The position numbers and the translations under genes were made by a program. The notes below the pieces were generated by a model, which was given only the letters and a program-made list of their open reading frames with translations, did not search any database and was not told the origin of the DNA. A stretch of DNA of 64,000 nucleotides from Eremomyces bilateralis CBS 781.70 (lineage: Eukaryota): assembly GCA_010015585.1 (NCBI GenBank), contig ML975154.1. One strand, written 5' to 3'. Positions 23,702 to 35,938 of this stretch are shown here, in pieces; positions within the stretch are counted from its first letter, which is position 1; every line of letters starts with the position of its first letter.

Positions 23702-26700
23702 TCACGGCGCCACGCTCTGCCTCCACCGATCAATCAACTCCCTCTGCCTCGGATCCATCGGCGGATCCTGCATCTGCATAGCCGCCATGGTATTCATGTA
23801 ATCGAACCCCGGCTGCCCCATCGGCATCGCCATCCCATTCATCGGCATCCCATTCACCGGCATCCCATTCACCGGCATCCCATTCATCGGCATCCCCAAC
23901 ATCGGCATACTCTGATTCCACCCGTTCACCCCACCGTGCGGCATCCCCATGCTCGTTTGCCGATTCACCCCACCATTCATCGCCCCGCCCATCCCCATCG
24001 GCGGATACGCGGCATTCCCCGCGCCCAGATACGGCATGTTCTGCATGCTCGCCATACGCTGAACGCCTCCGCTCATCCCCGCCCCACCGCCCACCCCCCC
24101 ACTCCCATCATTAAACATGCCCCCCATAAAACCCCCGCTCGGCGCACCCCACTGCGCCGGCTGTCCCCTCGGGAACCCCGCCCCTGGCCCACCCATCCCG
24201 CTCGCACGATTCCGCTCTTGCAACTCCGCCCGGTGCCTCGCCTGGTTCTGCTCGTGCTGGCCGAGCAGCGAGGTGGGCGGGAGGGCGGAGACGAGCGCGT
24301 GCGTGGAGACGCGGCGGGAGTCGTGTTTCCCGGCGGGGGCGGCGGCGAGGAGGTCGGCCATGGAGAGGCGGTTGCGGACAACCGGGGGGGCAGGTATGGG
24401 GGGGTTGGCGTCGTATGGAGGGAGGTTGGGGGAGTCTGTGGGGAGGAACATGGTGGATGAGCGTTGGGGAACGCCGAGGGTGCTTTGCGTGGCGCCGGTG
24501 CGTTGTAGTCTCGCACGACGTTGGCCAAGGGTTTCGTTTTCGGGTTCGACTTCGACGCGGTCCGCCTGGTGCTCGGCTTTCTCTGCCATGGGAGATGCGG
24601 TTAATGCGCTCGCTCGCTTGTCGATCGGCTGCTCCTCTGCTTTCTTCTTCTCGTCCTCGTCCATGCCCCACGTGCTCATCAGCTCGCTCGTGAACATCGC
24701 GCTCACCGGTCGACTCGGTAAATCACCTAGCGCTTTATCTAACTCCTCCTTATCCATCAACCGCCTCCGCCGCTGCGCAAGCGTCTCCCCTTCGAAACCT
24801 TCCTCCTCCCCGACGTCATCTTCCACCGCACCGTCCAGCGGAGGTTCGAACCTCTGCGGACTGGGCGTCCTCTGGATGCCGAGCAGCCGGTTCCGCCGCT
24901 TACTAAGAGGCTCGCTCTCCTCCAGCTCCTTCATCGCCAGTAACCCGAGCGGCCGGTCCCAATCGTTCATATTGCCCATATTCTTCTTCTGCAGCAGCCC
25001 GTTGCGTCCGGGAAAGAGCATGCCGAGCGGGACTTCCTCGTTGTCGTCCTGATCGTCCTGCGCGGACACCCCGGGATCCTGCCACGCGAGTGCGACGCGT
25101 TGGCCGCGTCGTTTGGTTTTCTCGATCTGTGCGACGGCGTCGAGTTCGAGGAGGGTGGCGTGCATGCCGTTCGGAAAGGCATTGGCGGCGGTGCGGGAGC
25201 GGGATTTGAGTTGGAGCTTGCGGAGCTGGAGCTCGGCGAGGAGGGTGGTAGGAGGGCCGTACGCTTCGTAGGGGTCCTCCTCCTCGTATTCTATATCGTC
25301 GGCGTCTAATACGTCTTGTTCTGCTTCGCCTGCATCGAGTTGGTTGTCCGTCAGATATTCGGATGGGTGTCGGGCGGCAATCGCGCCGTCTTCCGATCGC
25401 ACGGAGCGGCCATCAGCGGCATGTTTATCGAGGCTATTCTTCGAGGGGTCCTCCGCCACGGTCGTCAACAGATCAATTGATGAAGCAGACTTCCTTCGAA
25501 GCACATTCCGGCTGTGGCGTTTCCGCACTTCTTCTTTCTTCTCACTCATGACAGGCACGGCGGTTTTCCTCTTCTCGGCACTCATAACGGGCAAGGCGGA
25601 TTTTCTCTTCTCGGCACCCATCACAGGCATAGCGCTTTTCCTCTTCGTCTGATTCTTGTAGACCTCGCCGCCAATCTCTCCGACAAATGGATGGTTGGTA
25701 AACGCATTGACGGGAGCGGTTGCGGAGGCTTCGAGGATGCTATCGAGAGTTGCCGCGGCCGACCCATCCTTGATCGCGACCTCGTGTGATGTTGGGGACG
25801 TATCAAAGTACACGCTTGCGCGTAGCTGTGGAGGGAGGTTGAGGGTCATCATGCTTCGACGCTCAACTGGACGGGGTGGATCAACATGCCCATCGTCAAC
25901 AGCGGGTACATCATTCGCATTGAGCCATACAGCAGATTTCCTCGCGTCAGGGTGCAACGAATCGACCATTTGTGTCCGCCGCTTTGCTTGTAATGTGGCC
26001 GACGGTGCTTGGGAGAGTCGTGTGGGGAGGTTCAAAAGTTTGGGGACGGGCGCAGGATAATACACCATGCTGTCGGTAGGTGGCGCAAACGATGTTGGTC
26101 GGGGGAGCGGTGTAAGGAGTGAGGAATGTCGGGTACGTCCGTTGTCGGGTTTCGACTGCTCGGTGGGTTCGCGGATGCTGGGTGCATAGTGCACACCGTC
26201 AAAATCTTCAAAAAAGGCGCGAGATTGTTGGAAGGTATCGCCAGAGGTAGCTGATGAGGGTCGCTTGAGGTTTTGGTGTTCTGGGGGGTATTCGGCTCGC
26301 GGCGTTCCGTCAACGGGAGGTTGAAGTTGGGAGTCGTCCTCGAAGCCATCGCGGATGTCTCTGGATATCTGTTCGTATTCCAAAGCGAACGATGTTGGCG
26401 ATCCTACTACGTTCGGCCCATGGCCCTGAGAAGGGGATTCTTTCGGCGGCATGTCTTTCGGCTGTGTCTCGTCTTGTCCTTCCATTTCCGGCTGCTCCTC
26501 TGTTGCAACCTGCCCAAGCTTCGATCCCTTGGACGCGGACCGATTTCGATTCTTTGATGTAGTCGGAAACGACACATGCGACCAAGAACTCGATCTCCCC
26601 GACCCTATGGGCGAGCCAATGTATCCAGCCGGCGAATATCCTCCCCACCGTGCGGCGGTGTTCACTTCGACGATGGAATTTGCATGCGAGCTCATGGACG

Positions 26701-27082
26701 GCTCAGGGGATCGGATCTGAGAATTGTTGGACTCCTCCAACTGCAGCGATCGCAACGACGCTCTCCTGCTATCGGACAGTTTCTGTTCGAGGTGTAGTTT
26801 CTGGATTTCCTCGCCAAGGTCGGAACCGGACATGCTCAGCCGCTCGGCGCTCTCCTCCAGTCGTTCCACGTTGTGCAAATAGGCGCCCTGCAGGGACTGG
26901 AGGTCAGGAGCCGGATGGCGCAGCTTGACGGCACCTTTGGAAGACACTGTCCGCACCATGGTCGCGTCGAGATTACTGGGTGAATTGACCATGACAATGG
27001 CGTCGGTGGATGCTTCAGCGGCGGGAAGGGGGTCTTGAGTGGAAAACGGCGCGGACTCGGAGTCCGTAGCGTGCTCAGTCAT
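23702..27082 (-). CDS. Large low-complexity hypothetical protein (1126 aa)
   Basis: Uninterrupted 3.4-kb ORF with coding-like composition. Blocks VYYPAPVP..LNLP.RLS, PPTTLLAELQ.RK and ETL.QRR.RL (twice); ends IDRWRQSV. Confidence 0.85.
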   Translation of the reverse strand: MTEHATDSESAPFSTQDPLPAAEASTDAIVMVNSPSNLDATMVRTVSSKGAVKLRHPAPDLQSLQGAYLHNVERLEESAERLSMSGSDLGEEIQKLHLEQKLSDSRRASLRSLQLEESNNSQIRSPEPSMSSHANSIVEVNTAARWGGYSPAGYIGSPIGSGRSSSWSHVSFPTTSKNRNRSASKGSKLGQVATEEQPEMEGQDETQPKDMPPKESPSQGHGPNVVGSPTSFALEYEQISRDIRDGFEDDSQLQPPVDGTPRAEYPPEHQNLKRPSSATSGDTFQQSRAFFEDFDGVHYAPSIREPTEQSKPDNGRTRHSSLLTPLPRPTSFAPPTDSMVYYPAPVPKLLNLPTRLSQAPSATLQAKRRTQMVDSLHPDARKSAVWLNANDVPAVDDGHVDPPRPVERRSMMTLNLPPQLRASVYFDTSPTSHEVAIKDGSAAATLDSILEASATAPVNAFTNHPFVGEIGGEVYKNQTKRKSAMPVMGAEKRKSALPVMSAEKRKTAVPVMSEKKEEVRKRHSRNVLRRKSASSIDLLTTVAEDPSKNSLDKHAADGRSVRSEDGAIAARHPSEYLTDNQLDAGEAEQDVLDADDIEYEEEDPYEAYGPPTTLLAELQLRKLQLKSRSRTAANAFPNGMHATLLELDAVAQIEKTKRRGQRVALAWQDPGVSAQDDQDDNEEVPLGMLFPGRNGLLQKKNMGNMNDWDRPLGLLAMKELEESEPLSKRRNRLLGIQRTPSPQRFEPPLDGAVEDDVGEEEGFEGETLAQRRRRLMDKEELDKALGDLPSRPVSAMFTSELMSTWGMDEDEKKKAEEQPIDKRASALTASPMAEKAEHQADRVEVEPENETLGQRRARLQRTGATQSTLGVPQRSSTMFLPTDSPNLPPYDANPPIPAPPVVRNRLSMADLLAAAPAGKHDSRRVSTHALVSALPPTSLLGQHEQNQARHRAELQERNRASGMGGPGAGFPRGQPAQWGAPSGGFMGGMFNDGSGGVGGGAGMSGGVQRMASMQNMPYLGAGNAAYPPMGMGGAMNGGVNRQTSMGMPHGGVNGWNQSMPMLGMPMNGMPVNGMPVNGMPMNGMAMPMGQPGFDYMNTMAAMQMQDPPMDPRQRELIDRWRQSVAP
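23832..23897. repeat. 15-bp coding tandem repeat (NGMP[V/M])n
   Basis: CGGCATCCCATTCA(C/T) about 4 copies. Confidence 0.8.
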
Positions 27083-27526
27083 GATGATGGGGACTTAAGG
27101 AATAGGGAGGCCTGGTGAGGGCGAAAGGTTATGTGTACGGTGTACCAGTACTTAGTATGGATCTTCTGTGCATATTTTCAATAGATAAGGAAGAGGGTCC
27201 CAAACTCGGGATTTGGGGCGAACCAGAGGGTCTGGAACATGATCAACCATGCAAGAAATGTTCCCCATATGTTGATAAACTTGATATGGTACCTGCTGGT
27301 ACTTGCTGGTACATGACAACCGACCAGGGCATAGCGGATGTAACTCTCACACCACGCGACTGTGACAGTAACGAAAGTTCAGGAGGTTTGACCGTTTGAC
27401 GGGGATTAGTGTGCTGTAGTAGGAGACTAGGGGAATTAGTGTAACTTACTAGGGGCAAGAAACCTCAATAAGGGGATGGCGCTGCACATCGCCGCATGCA
27501 AAGTTGAGTATATAAAAATAGGTTAC

Positions 27527-27541
27527 TGCCTGAGGCAATAA
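27527..27541. promoter_or_regulatory. Palindromic motif TGCCTGAGGCA(ATAA) in a divergent promoter
   Basis: Identical 15-mer at 55473-55487 and variants at 16492-16507 and ~34250-34263, all upstream of core genes. Confidence 0.45.
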
Positions 27542-27881
27542 GGCTGCACTTCGCTGAACGCGTCTAGTTGGAACTGATAACGCCACTCCCTGCAACTGAG
27601 CGCCATTAGAGCTTCAGACAGCACCCATCTAATATCCGTACTCATGAAACTTTATGTTTCCCAAAAGATTGATGCTTCAGGATTTCGATATCTTTCCCTT
27701 CTTGCTATCGTGAACTGCCGGGGTCCATACCACGCATCTGATACCTGAGTTGTTGTGATCCTTGATCCAAACCGCATGGCTCTTCAACCATTGTGACGTC
27801 CAAGAGCCTCTTCCTTCATCGAAATCCCCTCTCCTAGGGTTGGTTCTGGATTCTTGGTTTCCCCTCCACACACCAATCACC

Positions 27882-30089
27882 ATGGAGCGACCTTCATTCA
27901 AGCGCAAAAACGACTTCGGCGATATGCGTGGCCGGAAATCCGCCCGGGTCAGCGATGAAGATGCTGCACCGGCCAAAGCAGGCAAGATGTCCTTCGCCGC
28001 CCGGATGATGGCGAAGATGGGCTACAAAGAAGGCGAAGGGCTAGGCAAGGAAGGCGAGGGTATCCTGAACCCAATCGAGGTGAAAATGCGACCTCAAGGC
28101 GCCGGTGTTGGGACCGTCAAGGAGAAAAGCTCCCAAGCGAAGGCGGAGGCGAAGAGACAAGCGGAGAAGAGGGGAGAAGAGTATGAGGACTCGTCAGAGG
28201 AAGAGGAAAAGAGGGCGAGGCAGCAGAGGAAGAATCGGGGCGTTGCTGGCCAGACGGGTACCGGTGTGAGTACTCCGGGAGGATTTACGCGACCAAAAAT
28301 GAAATACCGGACGGCGGCCGACATTGAAGCCGACGCGGAAGGGCTGGAGGTGCCCAATGTCCTCAAATCGCTCATCGACGCGACTGGGAAGCAGACCAAA
28401 GTCCTCACAACCACAGCGGGCCTCATGAGCAGCGCCACACAAGGGATAGCCGCCGAATCCGAAGTCGAAAAGATCGCCCGACGCGCAAAGGCGGATTTGG
28501 AGAGCTTTGCAGGCCAGTGGACGAGCTTGACGCAGCGGCAGAAATATACCGCGGCTGAGGAGGCACGCGTTCGGGTGGAGGTGGATGAGCATCAAAAAGA
28601 AATCGACATACTTCAAGAGCTGGCAGAGGCGGTGGAGGCTTTCCAGGCGTTGGAGCTGGGGAAGCCTCGTCTTTCCTCCGATGCGAAAGGGATGTGGACT
28701 GAAGCTGTTGAAAGGCTGTTACAGCTGCACCTGCGGTATCAAGATACAGTTCGAAAAGAGGTGCTCTCAGAAGTGGCCGTGGCGGCAATACATCCCCTCT
28801 TCAAGCTAGAGGTGCTAGATTGGTCGCCTCTGGAAGAGCCTACACATATGGTTGACTACTTCGATCGCCTGAGAGGGGTCCTCGCCATCGATCAACCCAT
28901 CACCATCGACATGGACTTCGACTCCCTCCCACGCTCCAAGTCAACGACACCCTACGAATCCCTCATGTACACCCTCTGGCTCCCATGCGTTCGCACCGCC
29001 GTCACCAACCACTGGGACCCATACACCCCATCTACCCTCCTCACACTACTCGAGCACTGGCGCCCTGTCCTCCCCGACTTCATCTACAACCACCTCGTCA
29101 ACCAAGTCATCCTCCAAAAACTCACCCGCGCCATCCACGACTGGGAACCCCGCCGTCTGTCCAATAAGAAAGATCCCCGCCCCCACCAATTCCCCCACGT
29201 CTGGCTCTTCCCCTGGCTCCCCTACCTCCCCGACGACCACACCGACCCCCACAACCCCGCCGGACTCCTCGCCGACGTCAAGCGCCGTCTCCGCCGCGTC
29301 CTGGAGACCTGGGACGTCGCCCGCGGGCCGCTCCCCGGCCTCCCCGAATGGCGTACCGTCCTCTCCACCGAGCTCGACCATGCCCTCGTCAGCAAGGCCC
29401 TCCCGCGCCTCGCGAAGCACCTCGCCGACCACCTCGTCGTCAACCCCGAGGCGCAAGACATGGCACCGTTCACCGCGGTCCTAGCGTGGAACGACCTCTT
29501 CAAACCTCAAACCATGGCGCAGTTGTTCCTGGCGGAGTTCTTCCCGAAGTTCTTCGCCGTGCTGCATGGCGCACTGACCGGCGGCGCGCAGGACTTCGAC
29601 GTGTTCGTCGAGTGGCGGAATTGGTGGATGGAGCAGTTCCCCGCGGAGGTGAACGCCCTGCGCGAGGTGGACGAGCAATGGAATAAGGCGCTGGAGTTGA
29701 TTTCGCATGCACAACGGCTGGGCGATCAGGCGAGCTCCCTACCCGCACCATCAACGGCCACATCCGCACTCCCGACGTCCCTCCCGTCGACCACCGCCGC
29801 GGCGCTTTCGACCACCGCCGACACACCGTCCGCGCCGGTGGAAGAGGTGACGATGCGCGACCTCGTGGAGGAGTGGAGTGCGGAGCATGATCTGCTCTTC
29901 CGTCCGCTCCGCGAAGCGCATCCGGAAACGGGGCTGCCGCTGTTCCGCATCACGGCCAGCGCGACAGGGAAAGGGGGGGTGGTGGTGTATTTTAAGGGAG
30001 ATATTGTGTATGCACAGGGGAAGGCGGATCGTAGCAGTTGGAAGGCGACGGGGATGGAGGGGTTACTTGCGAGGGCGGAGGGGAGGTGA
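27882..30089 (+). CDS. SPP382: G-patch spliceosome disassembly factor (Spp382/Ntr1/TFIP11)
   Basis: G-patch SFAARMMAKMGYKEGEGLGKEGEGILNPIEVK.RP.GAG.G. GCFC-like region (TPYESLMYTLWLP.VR, PHVWLFPWLPYL). C-terminal HPETGLPLFRITASATGKGG. First plausible ATG at 27882. Confidence 0.9.
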   Translation: MERPSFKRKNDFGDMRGRKSARVSDEDAAPAKAGKMSFAARMMAKMGYKEGEGLGKEGEGILNPIEVKMRPQGAGVGTVKEKSSQAKAEAKRQAEKRGEEYEDSSEEEEKRARQQRKNRGVAGQTGTGVSTPGGFTRPKMKYRTAADIEADAEGLEVPNVLKSLIDATGKQTKVLTTTAGLMSSATQGIAAESEVEKIARRAKADLESFAGQWTSLTQRQKYTAAEEARVRVEVDEHQKEIDILQELAEAVEAFQALELGKPRLSSDAKGMWTEAVERLLQLHLRYQDTVRKEVLSEVAVAAIHPLFKLEVLDWSPLEEPTHMVDYFDRLRGVLAIDQPITIDMDFDSLPRSKSTTPYESLMYTLWLPCVRTAVTNHWDPYTPSTLLTLLEHWRPVLPDFIYNHLVNQVILQKLTRAIHDWEPRRLSNKKDPRPHQFPHVWLFPWLPYLPDDHTDPHNPAGLLADVKRRLRRVLETWDVARGPLPGLPEWRTVLSTELDHALVSKALPRLAKHLADHLVVNPEAQDMAPFTAVLAWNDLFKPQTMAQLFLAEFFPKFFAVLHGALTGGAQDFDVFVEWRNWWMEQFPAEVNALREVDEQWNKALELISHAQRLGDQASSLPAPSTATSALPTSLPSTTAAALSTTADTPSAPVEEVTMRDLVEEWSAEHDLLFRPLREAHPETGLPLFRITASATGKGGVVVYFKGDIVYAQGKADRSSWKATGMEGLLARAEGR

Positions 30090-30846
30090 GTGTGTATAGA
30101 ATTGGGTGCCGATAGAAGAGTCTGGATCTGTTGGATGGGGAGAATCAAGGAGGGGATATGTGAAGTCGCGTTGTTGGATACTGGAGAGCTATCTCATGGA
30201 TTTCAGAGGGACAGTACGTGCAAGATAATATTTTGGAACGGTCTAGGTCGTTCAACGTTAGATTGCGAATACCCAATGTGAAAAACTCCAGAATGCTCAG
30301 GTGATGCGATCGCGGGTAATGCCATTCATGATAGCATTGACCTGCATCGCCCAACACTTGCATGACCGCAGTGCGACCTCAATAGCATTACGTCGCTTCG
30401 ATCCAAAGCAGTCGCTAAATAACGGTAGCGCCTCAATAACCGCATCGCTACGTTTACGACGCTAGAAATGAAACGCTTGTCTCCAAGTGTATGGTAACGA
30501 TTTCGGTATAGACATATCTCCCCTATCCTCGTCACTACTAGGTAGGCTAGATCCATCCTATCCATGTTGATAACAAAGGGATAATTACGAAGCTTGGATG
30601 AGGACCAACCTCGCTTCTTGAACCGTCCCAGAATGCCGGAAAGGAAGCAAATTACCTAGAGCAGTGACCATTTGGATTTCCCCGTTCCATCCGTTTACTC
30701 GGCGTCTTCCTCTCGTTCATCTCTCAGATGCACCGTCGCATGCTCATCTACCATCACCATCCACACCTCCGCGCCGAGCTGTGCGCATTCCCCACTTCTG
30801 GCTCCTCCCGCTGAGCCCTCTCGGCCTCATCAAATCGACCATCGAC

Positions 30847-32712
30847 ATGCCACCTCGCGTGCGCCCTGGGTCTGACAACGTGAAACTCATGGCCATGGCC
30901 GCCGCGCCCTCGTCGAACAGCCCCGACGACCACACCGCGCATCTCGCGCCCATCGAATCGAGCGCGACCGGCGCGGACACGTTACGAGATGACGGCGCAA
31001 AGTCGCCGGAGGACGAGACGAGGGAGATCGTGGGACGTGGGAATGGGGAGGGCAACCCCAGAGAGCAGCGTGGGGACGGCACACAGTACAGAGTTTATAA
31101 GAGGAGGTTCTTTGGGTTGGCGCAGTTTATATTGTTGAACATCATAATTAGTTGGGATGTAAGTTGGCCCACGTCTTGCGACACATAATTTGCGGGACGC
31201 ACTCTATGGATGCGCTCCAGATGAGGTAATCTCAGAGGTATCGATAGGGAAGCGGTCTAAAAGAATCTCCCCTGTGGGTAAGGACGAAAGGCTAACTGAT
31301 CGATTGCACAGTGGCTCAGCTTTGCTGCCATCTCCAAGACCTCATCGGAATACTTTGACGTCACCGAGAATACGATCAACTGGCTCAGCACCGCATTCCT
31401 ATTCGCCTTCGTGGTCATGACACCGTACGTCGTTCCATCCCGTTCTTCTAGCCATGCCGACTCCCGACTAATCATCCGCATAGGGTGGTCGTATTAGCGC
31501 TCCATCGCGGCCCTAAGGATTCCCTCATGGTCGCCAGCGTTCTCACGCTGCTCGGGAACTGGATCCGGTACGCGGGAGCCAAAGCGAACGGGGGAACCTT
31601 TGGGGCCGTCATGTTCGGGCAGATCTTGGTGGGGTTCGCGCAGCCGTTTGTGCTGGCAGCGCCGACGCGGTATAGCGATCTGTGGTTTAGCGATAAAGGG
31701 AGGGTGAGCGCGACTGCGGTCGCCACGTTGGCGAATCCGTTCGGTGGTGCGGTGAGTTGAAATCGGGTGTATGCTATGAGGGGAAAGGAAGCTAACAATG
31801 TTGCATGTAGATTGGACAGTTGATCAGTCCTTTGTGGGCGGAGAAGCCAGAGGATGTACCGAACATGGTTCTGTACGTAGCTGTCATAGTAAGTCTGCCG
31901 TTCTTGCTCTTCTATCACCATTGCTAACCACACAGTCCTCTGTCATCTGCATCCCCTCCTTTTTCATCCCCGCCACCCCTCCAACCCCCCCTTCCGCCTC
32001 TTCCGCCCTCCCCAAGCCCTCCATCCGCAAATCCCTCGTCGAGCTCCGCTCCAACACATCCTTCTACCTACTCTTCACCGCCTTCACCATCTACCTCTCC
32101 TTCTTCAACGCCCTCTCCTCCCTCCTCAACCAGATCCTCTATCCCTACGCCTACACCGAAGAGCAAGCCGGCCTCTGCGGCGCTGTCCTCATCATTGTCG
32201 GCCTTGTCGCCGCCGCCGCCACCTCCCCCATCATCGACCGCACCCACACCTTCCTCCTTCCCATCAAGATCCTCGTCCCCATCATCGCCTCCAGCTACCT
32301 CGCCTTCACCTGGATGCCGCAAACCCGCGCCATCTCCGGCCCGTACGTCGTCGCCGCGCTGCTCGGCGGCTCGTCGTTCACCCTCGTCCCCATCGTGCTA
32401 GAGTACCTCGTTGAGATCACCTGGCCCGCGAGCCCCGAGGTGAGCAGCACGATCTGCTGGGCCGGGGGCCAGCTGTTCGGGGGGATCTTCATCATCATCA
32501 TGGGGGCGTTGAAGGACTTGGATGGTACGCCGGGGGATACGGCGGAGAGGGGGGACCGGCCGCCGGGGAATATGTACAATGCGTTGGTTTTCCAGACTGT
32601 GCTCACGTGCGTGATCATGCCGGTTCCATTGCTCTTGGGAGTGCGCAGTTTGGGTTTGGATAAAGGGAGAGTAAGTAGAAGGTACTCGGTGGATGAGCCA
32701 AGGGGGACATGA
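30847..32712 (+). CDS. MFS transporter, MFSD7/FLVCR-like
   Basis: Motifs [29 protein letters not shown] and [23 protein letters not shown]. Introns 31159-31311, 31425-31483, 31752-31810 and 31889-31935. Confidence 0.9.
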
Positions 32713-33336
32713 TGGGATGGATGGAATCTGTAGTCTTATCCTGTGGTCTTCTTGTCATATCTATGAATATTCGACCGAAGGAGTAATATATGAGAACCTT
32801 CCCAAGTTCACGACGTGTCCACTGAAACCAAGTAGTAGAAATCTCCATTTACTAGGTACTGCTCTCAATCGCTAGGCCCTCCCGGCCCTTCCACTCTACA
32901 ACATGCACAGAATAGGCACCAATCCAGTCCTTAAAAACAGTCGGCGGGTTTTTCACCATAGCGGCACCATGGTATAGTGGTATTAGACCAGCTGCGTACG
33001 AAGGGACCATGTATAGTGCGGGATAACCGGGCCATTTAGATGCCCGGTGAATTTTGGTTTTGTCTGATTTGCTTATAGATAATTTTTGGTTGGCTCAAGA
33101 TCGGCGATATTGAGTCGCGGGACCTGATGAAGCGATGAGAAGGGGCGGAGAAGCTGTAATATCTATTGCTTTGATTTTGTCTCTACAAGTACATTGTCTG
33201 TTGTACAGCAGGAGAAGAGAACATGGCTTCTTTAAAACCCGTAACCAAATGCCGCTTCCCCCATGACCGATACTGCGCACTCTAGGATTTCCATCACACT
33301 TTCGAGCGGAGGAGGGAGTTGTCGGACGAGAGAAAT

Positions 33337-33882
33337 TTATTTCAGGGTTTTCCACAGTTTCGGTGCAGCACAAGCAGTCGCACAATGTGTGAGGTGGAAG
33401 ACTATTTCTCATTGGCAGTCAGCGTTGTGGATCTCAGAGGGAGACTGGTGGGCATCACTCACACTCCTCAACGCAATCCTCGTTGGCCTTCCCGTCGTTC
33501 TCGTCCATCTGCTGCGTCACGCGTCGCGCGCAGTCATCGTAGTGGTGCTTCTGGGTGTGGCATTCACGCTCGGCGCAATCTGTGAGGGCGATGTCAGCAA
33601 TCCATTTGGAGAACGGCCCAACTCTCGGTCAACATCCACATCGTCCCATATGTGCATCCCACCAACTCGTTCCGCCATTGACTCCCAGCGATCAAGGATA
33701 AATCACTCACCTTCCACAAGCTTCGGCATCACATCCTCGGGCTCTTCCTCTTCCTCTTCCTCCTCCTCGGACGCCTCCTCGGTCTGGGCTTCTGGCTGCT
33801 CCTCGGGCTTCTCCTCCTCGGCAGCCTCGGCGTGCGCGACGGCGGTGAAGGAGGAGATGATGTCGGAAATGATGCTGAGCAT
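33337..33882 (-). CDS. QCR6: Cytochrome bc1 complex subunit 6 (hinge protein)
   Basis: Exons 33882-33711, 33579-33463 and 33401-33337. They give a Glu-rich N-terminus plus DCAERECHTQKHHYDDCARRV…EDCVEEFFHLTHCATACAAPKLWKTLK*. Absent from the ORF track because of splicing. Confidence 0.93.
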
Positions 33883-34445
33883 TTTGGCGGGTGGACGGAT
33901 GAACGAGTGCTACCTATACGAGAAGCGTTAGTTGCGAATAGGAAGTAAGAGCGGTTACGGCGGTAATGAGAGTGAGGATAGACGGAAGGCTGGCTGAATC
34001 GGCGCGGGAGGGATGGCAACGGTATGGGTTCAGGCATCTGAAGTTGGGGATGGGCGTGCTTATAGCTTACCTAGTTGGATCACGGAGGTGCCAATGGCAA
34101 TTGAAGCCAATTGAAGGAGAGATTATGACTTCGTTGCAGATACAGTCCTCGGATGAAGTCGAAGCAAGAATCGCAAGTTGCGGAAGCTGCTTCTTGGCAT
34201 CACGTGAACGAATCAGAATTCCGAAATTTGTAAGGTCCATCGCTGCGAGCATAGTGCCTCAGGTATCAAGGCATCTAGGAATAAATCTGGGATACTAATT
34301 ACAGGTATTCCAATCCATGTCCATCCGGTCCAGTCTTGACTCCAGTCCATCCATCATTTCATTCTATTCAGTTCAGCAAAGTTCAAGGTAACCTCCGTTC
34401 CAGCCATGCCCGTATCATCAGGGTATTGGACGCTAAAGCCTTTGT

Positions 34446-35170
34446 TCAGCGTTTTGCCTTTCCTCGCTCCTGCTCTTCTTCATCCTCCGGTTCGTCCTGT
34501 TCCTCCATGCGCTTGCGCTTCTTGCCCACGCGCTTCGTGTCCATGTGCTTCGTATCCGTGTGCTTCGTATCCGTGTGCTTCATATCCATGTGCTTCTTGT
34601 CCATCTGATTCTTGTCCATGCGCTTGTTTTCCGTGATGGGCCGACGCGTTTCGGTCGCGCTGCTACTTTCCCGTGCTTCCGCGAGGCAGGACGTCAAAAA
34701 CTGGCCTATGCCCCCGTCCATTGCTCCCTCCACTATGCACGCATACACCGAACTCAAGTTTGACGTTGTAATTGGAGTAATATGCCGTGGAAGCACGCGC
34801 GATGCCATTGAAACGATTCAACAATTTTGATGAGTTGGAGCGTGTAGCAGCAACTTGGCTTTGGTTCCCCGTTCGCATCGCGCGACGTCCTCAATTGAGT
34901 TCAAGACTGTTGGCAGCTTCGAGTAGGCAGGGCCAGTTGATGTCTTTGGTCGCATACGCGGTGAGCTCGTCGCTTGACTGAAGACCTCTAGGGAAGGTTT
35001 GCTCTGCACATGAGTCGACCGTATTTCTTCTACTAGTACGTCGGGACGGGAAGGGTATGCGGTTTGTGGGAGATGCGGTCCTCGGTATTGACCGTTCACC
35101 ACGAGTCCCATATAGGTCCTCGGGTCAAGTTTTCCTTGTTCTACATCTCTCTGAATAGATGCTGCGAGTT
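34446..35170 (-). pseudogene. Orphan ORF pair in one frame, split by one TGA (34818-34820), with basic/acidic C-terminus
   Basis: ORFs 34818-35111 and 34446-34808 are in frame. The C-terminus has (T/M)D(T/K)KH repeats, KKRKR and an acidic run. No known domain. Confidence 0.3.
34531..34626. repeat. 15-bp tandem repeat (GTGCTTCGTATCCGT-like), about 6 copies
   Basis: Seen directly; encodes MDKKH/TDTKH on the minus strand. Confidence 0.85.
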
Positions 35171-35938
35171 AACGTGAGCAGAACTCCCTGGAAGAACCCG
35201 TCGATACCAGATCATGTGGAGAGTTTGGAACTTCAGTGTCCTGGGTTCAGGCCGGTTGACTGGGCCCTTCTGGATGACCACCCGCAGCGCAGCCCTCCTT
35301 TTCCTGTTACAAACGTTGAGTTATTCAGTGCGGTCTCGGCAAGTCTGGCAAGTTGATAAGTCCGGTATCCCAGCAGGAAGGACATGGAATGCTCTGAAAC
35401 CAGAAATGTTCAAGTCTCAAGCGCGAATGCTTGAACGACGGGAGCGAAAGGTTACTGAGCCGCTATTTCTTCCAGCTCTTCGCGTCGAGATGAGCCCATC
35501 GCAAGGATCGGTTACTCTGGTCCATCCAGACTAATGATCACAATTGCTCGATGGTCGATGGCCTTCGGTAAAGAGCTTGAATAATCGATATTCGGTTTAC
35601 ACATCGTTGTAGCTTCGGAGGATTCGTGGGCATGGATAAGACGAGCGTCCTCGCTACTCAGTCGGATGGCTTGATGAGAGTCTCCCATCCTAAAATATAT
35701 CTGTAGTGATGTGTAGTGGACGATTGTCGAGGAGAAGTGAGATGGTGTAGAAGACACGAAACCGAATGGAATATTGCCGGTGCTTTTCAACAGGAATTGT
35801 TTTGATGTGAATCTTCCAGTTTTACTTTCACCTTGTCTATTCTTTCACATTTCACTTTGCACATCTTGTCCTCCACTTATCGTCCAAAGCACTTTCGTTC
35901 CTGATAATCTCACTCCTCCGTGCCCGTTAGACGAAACC

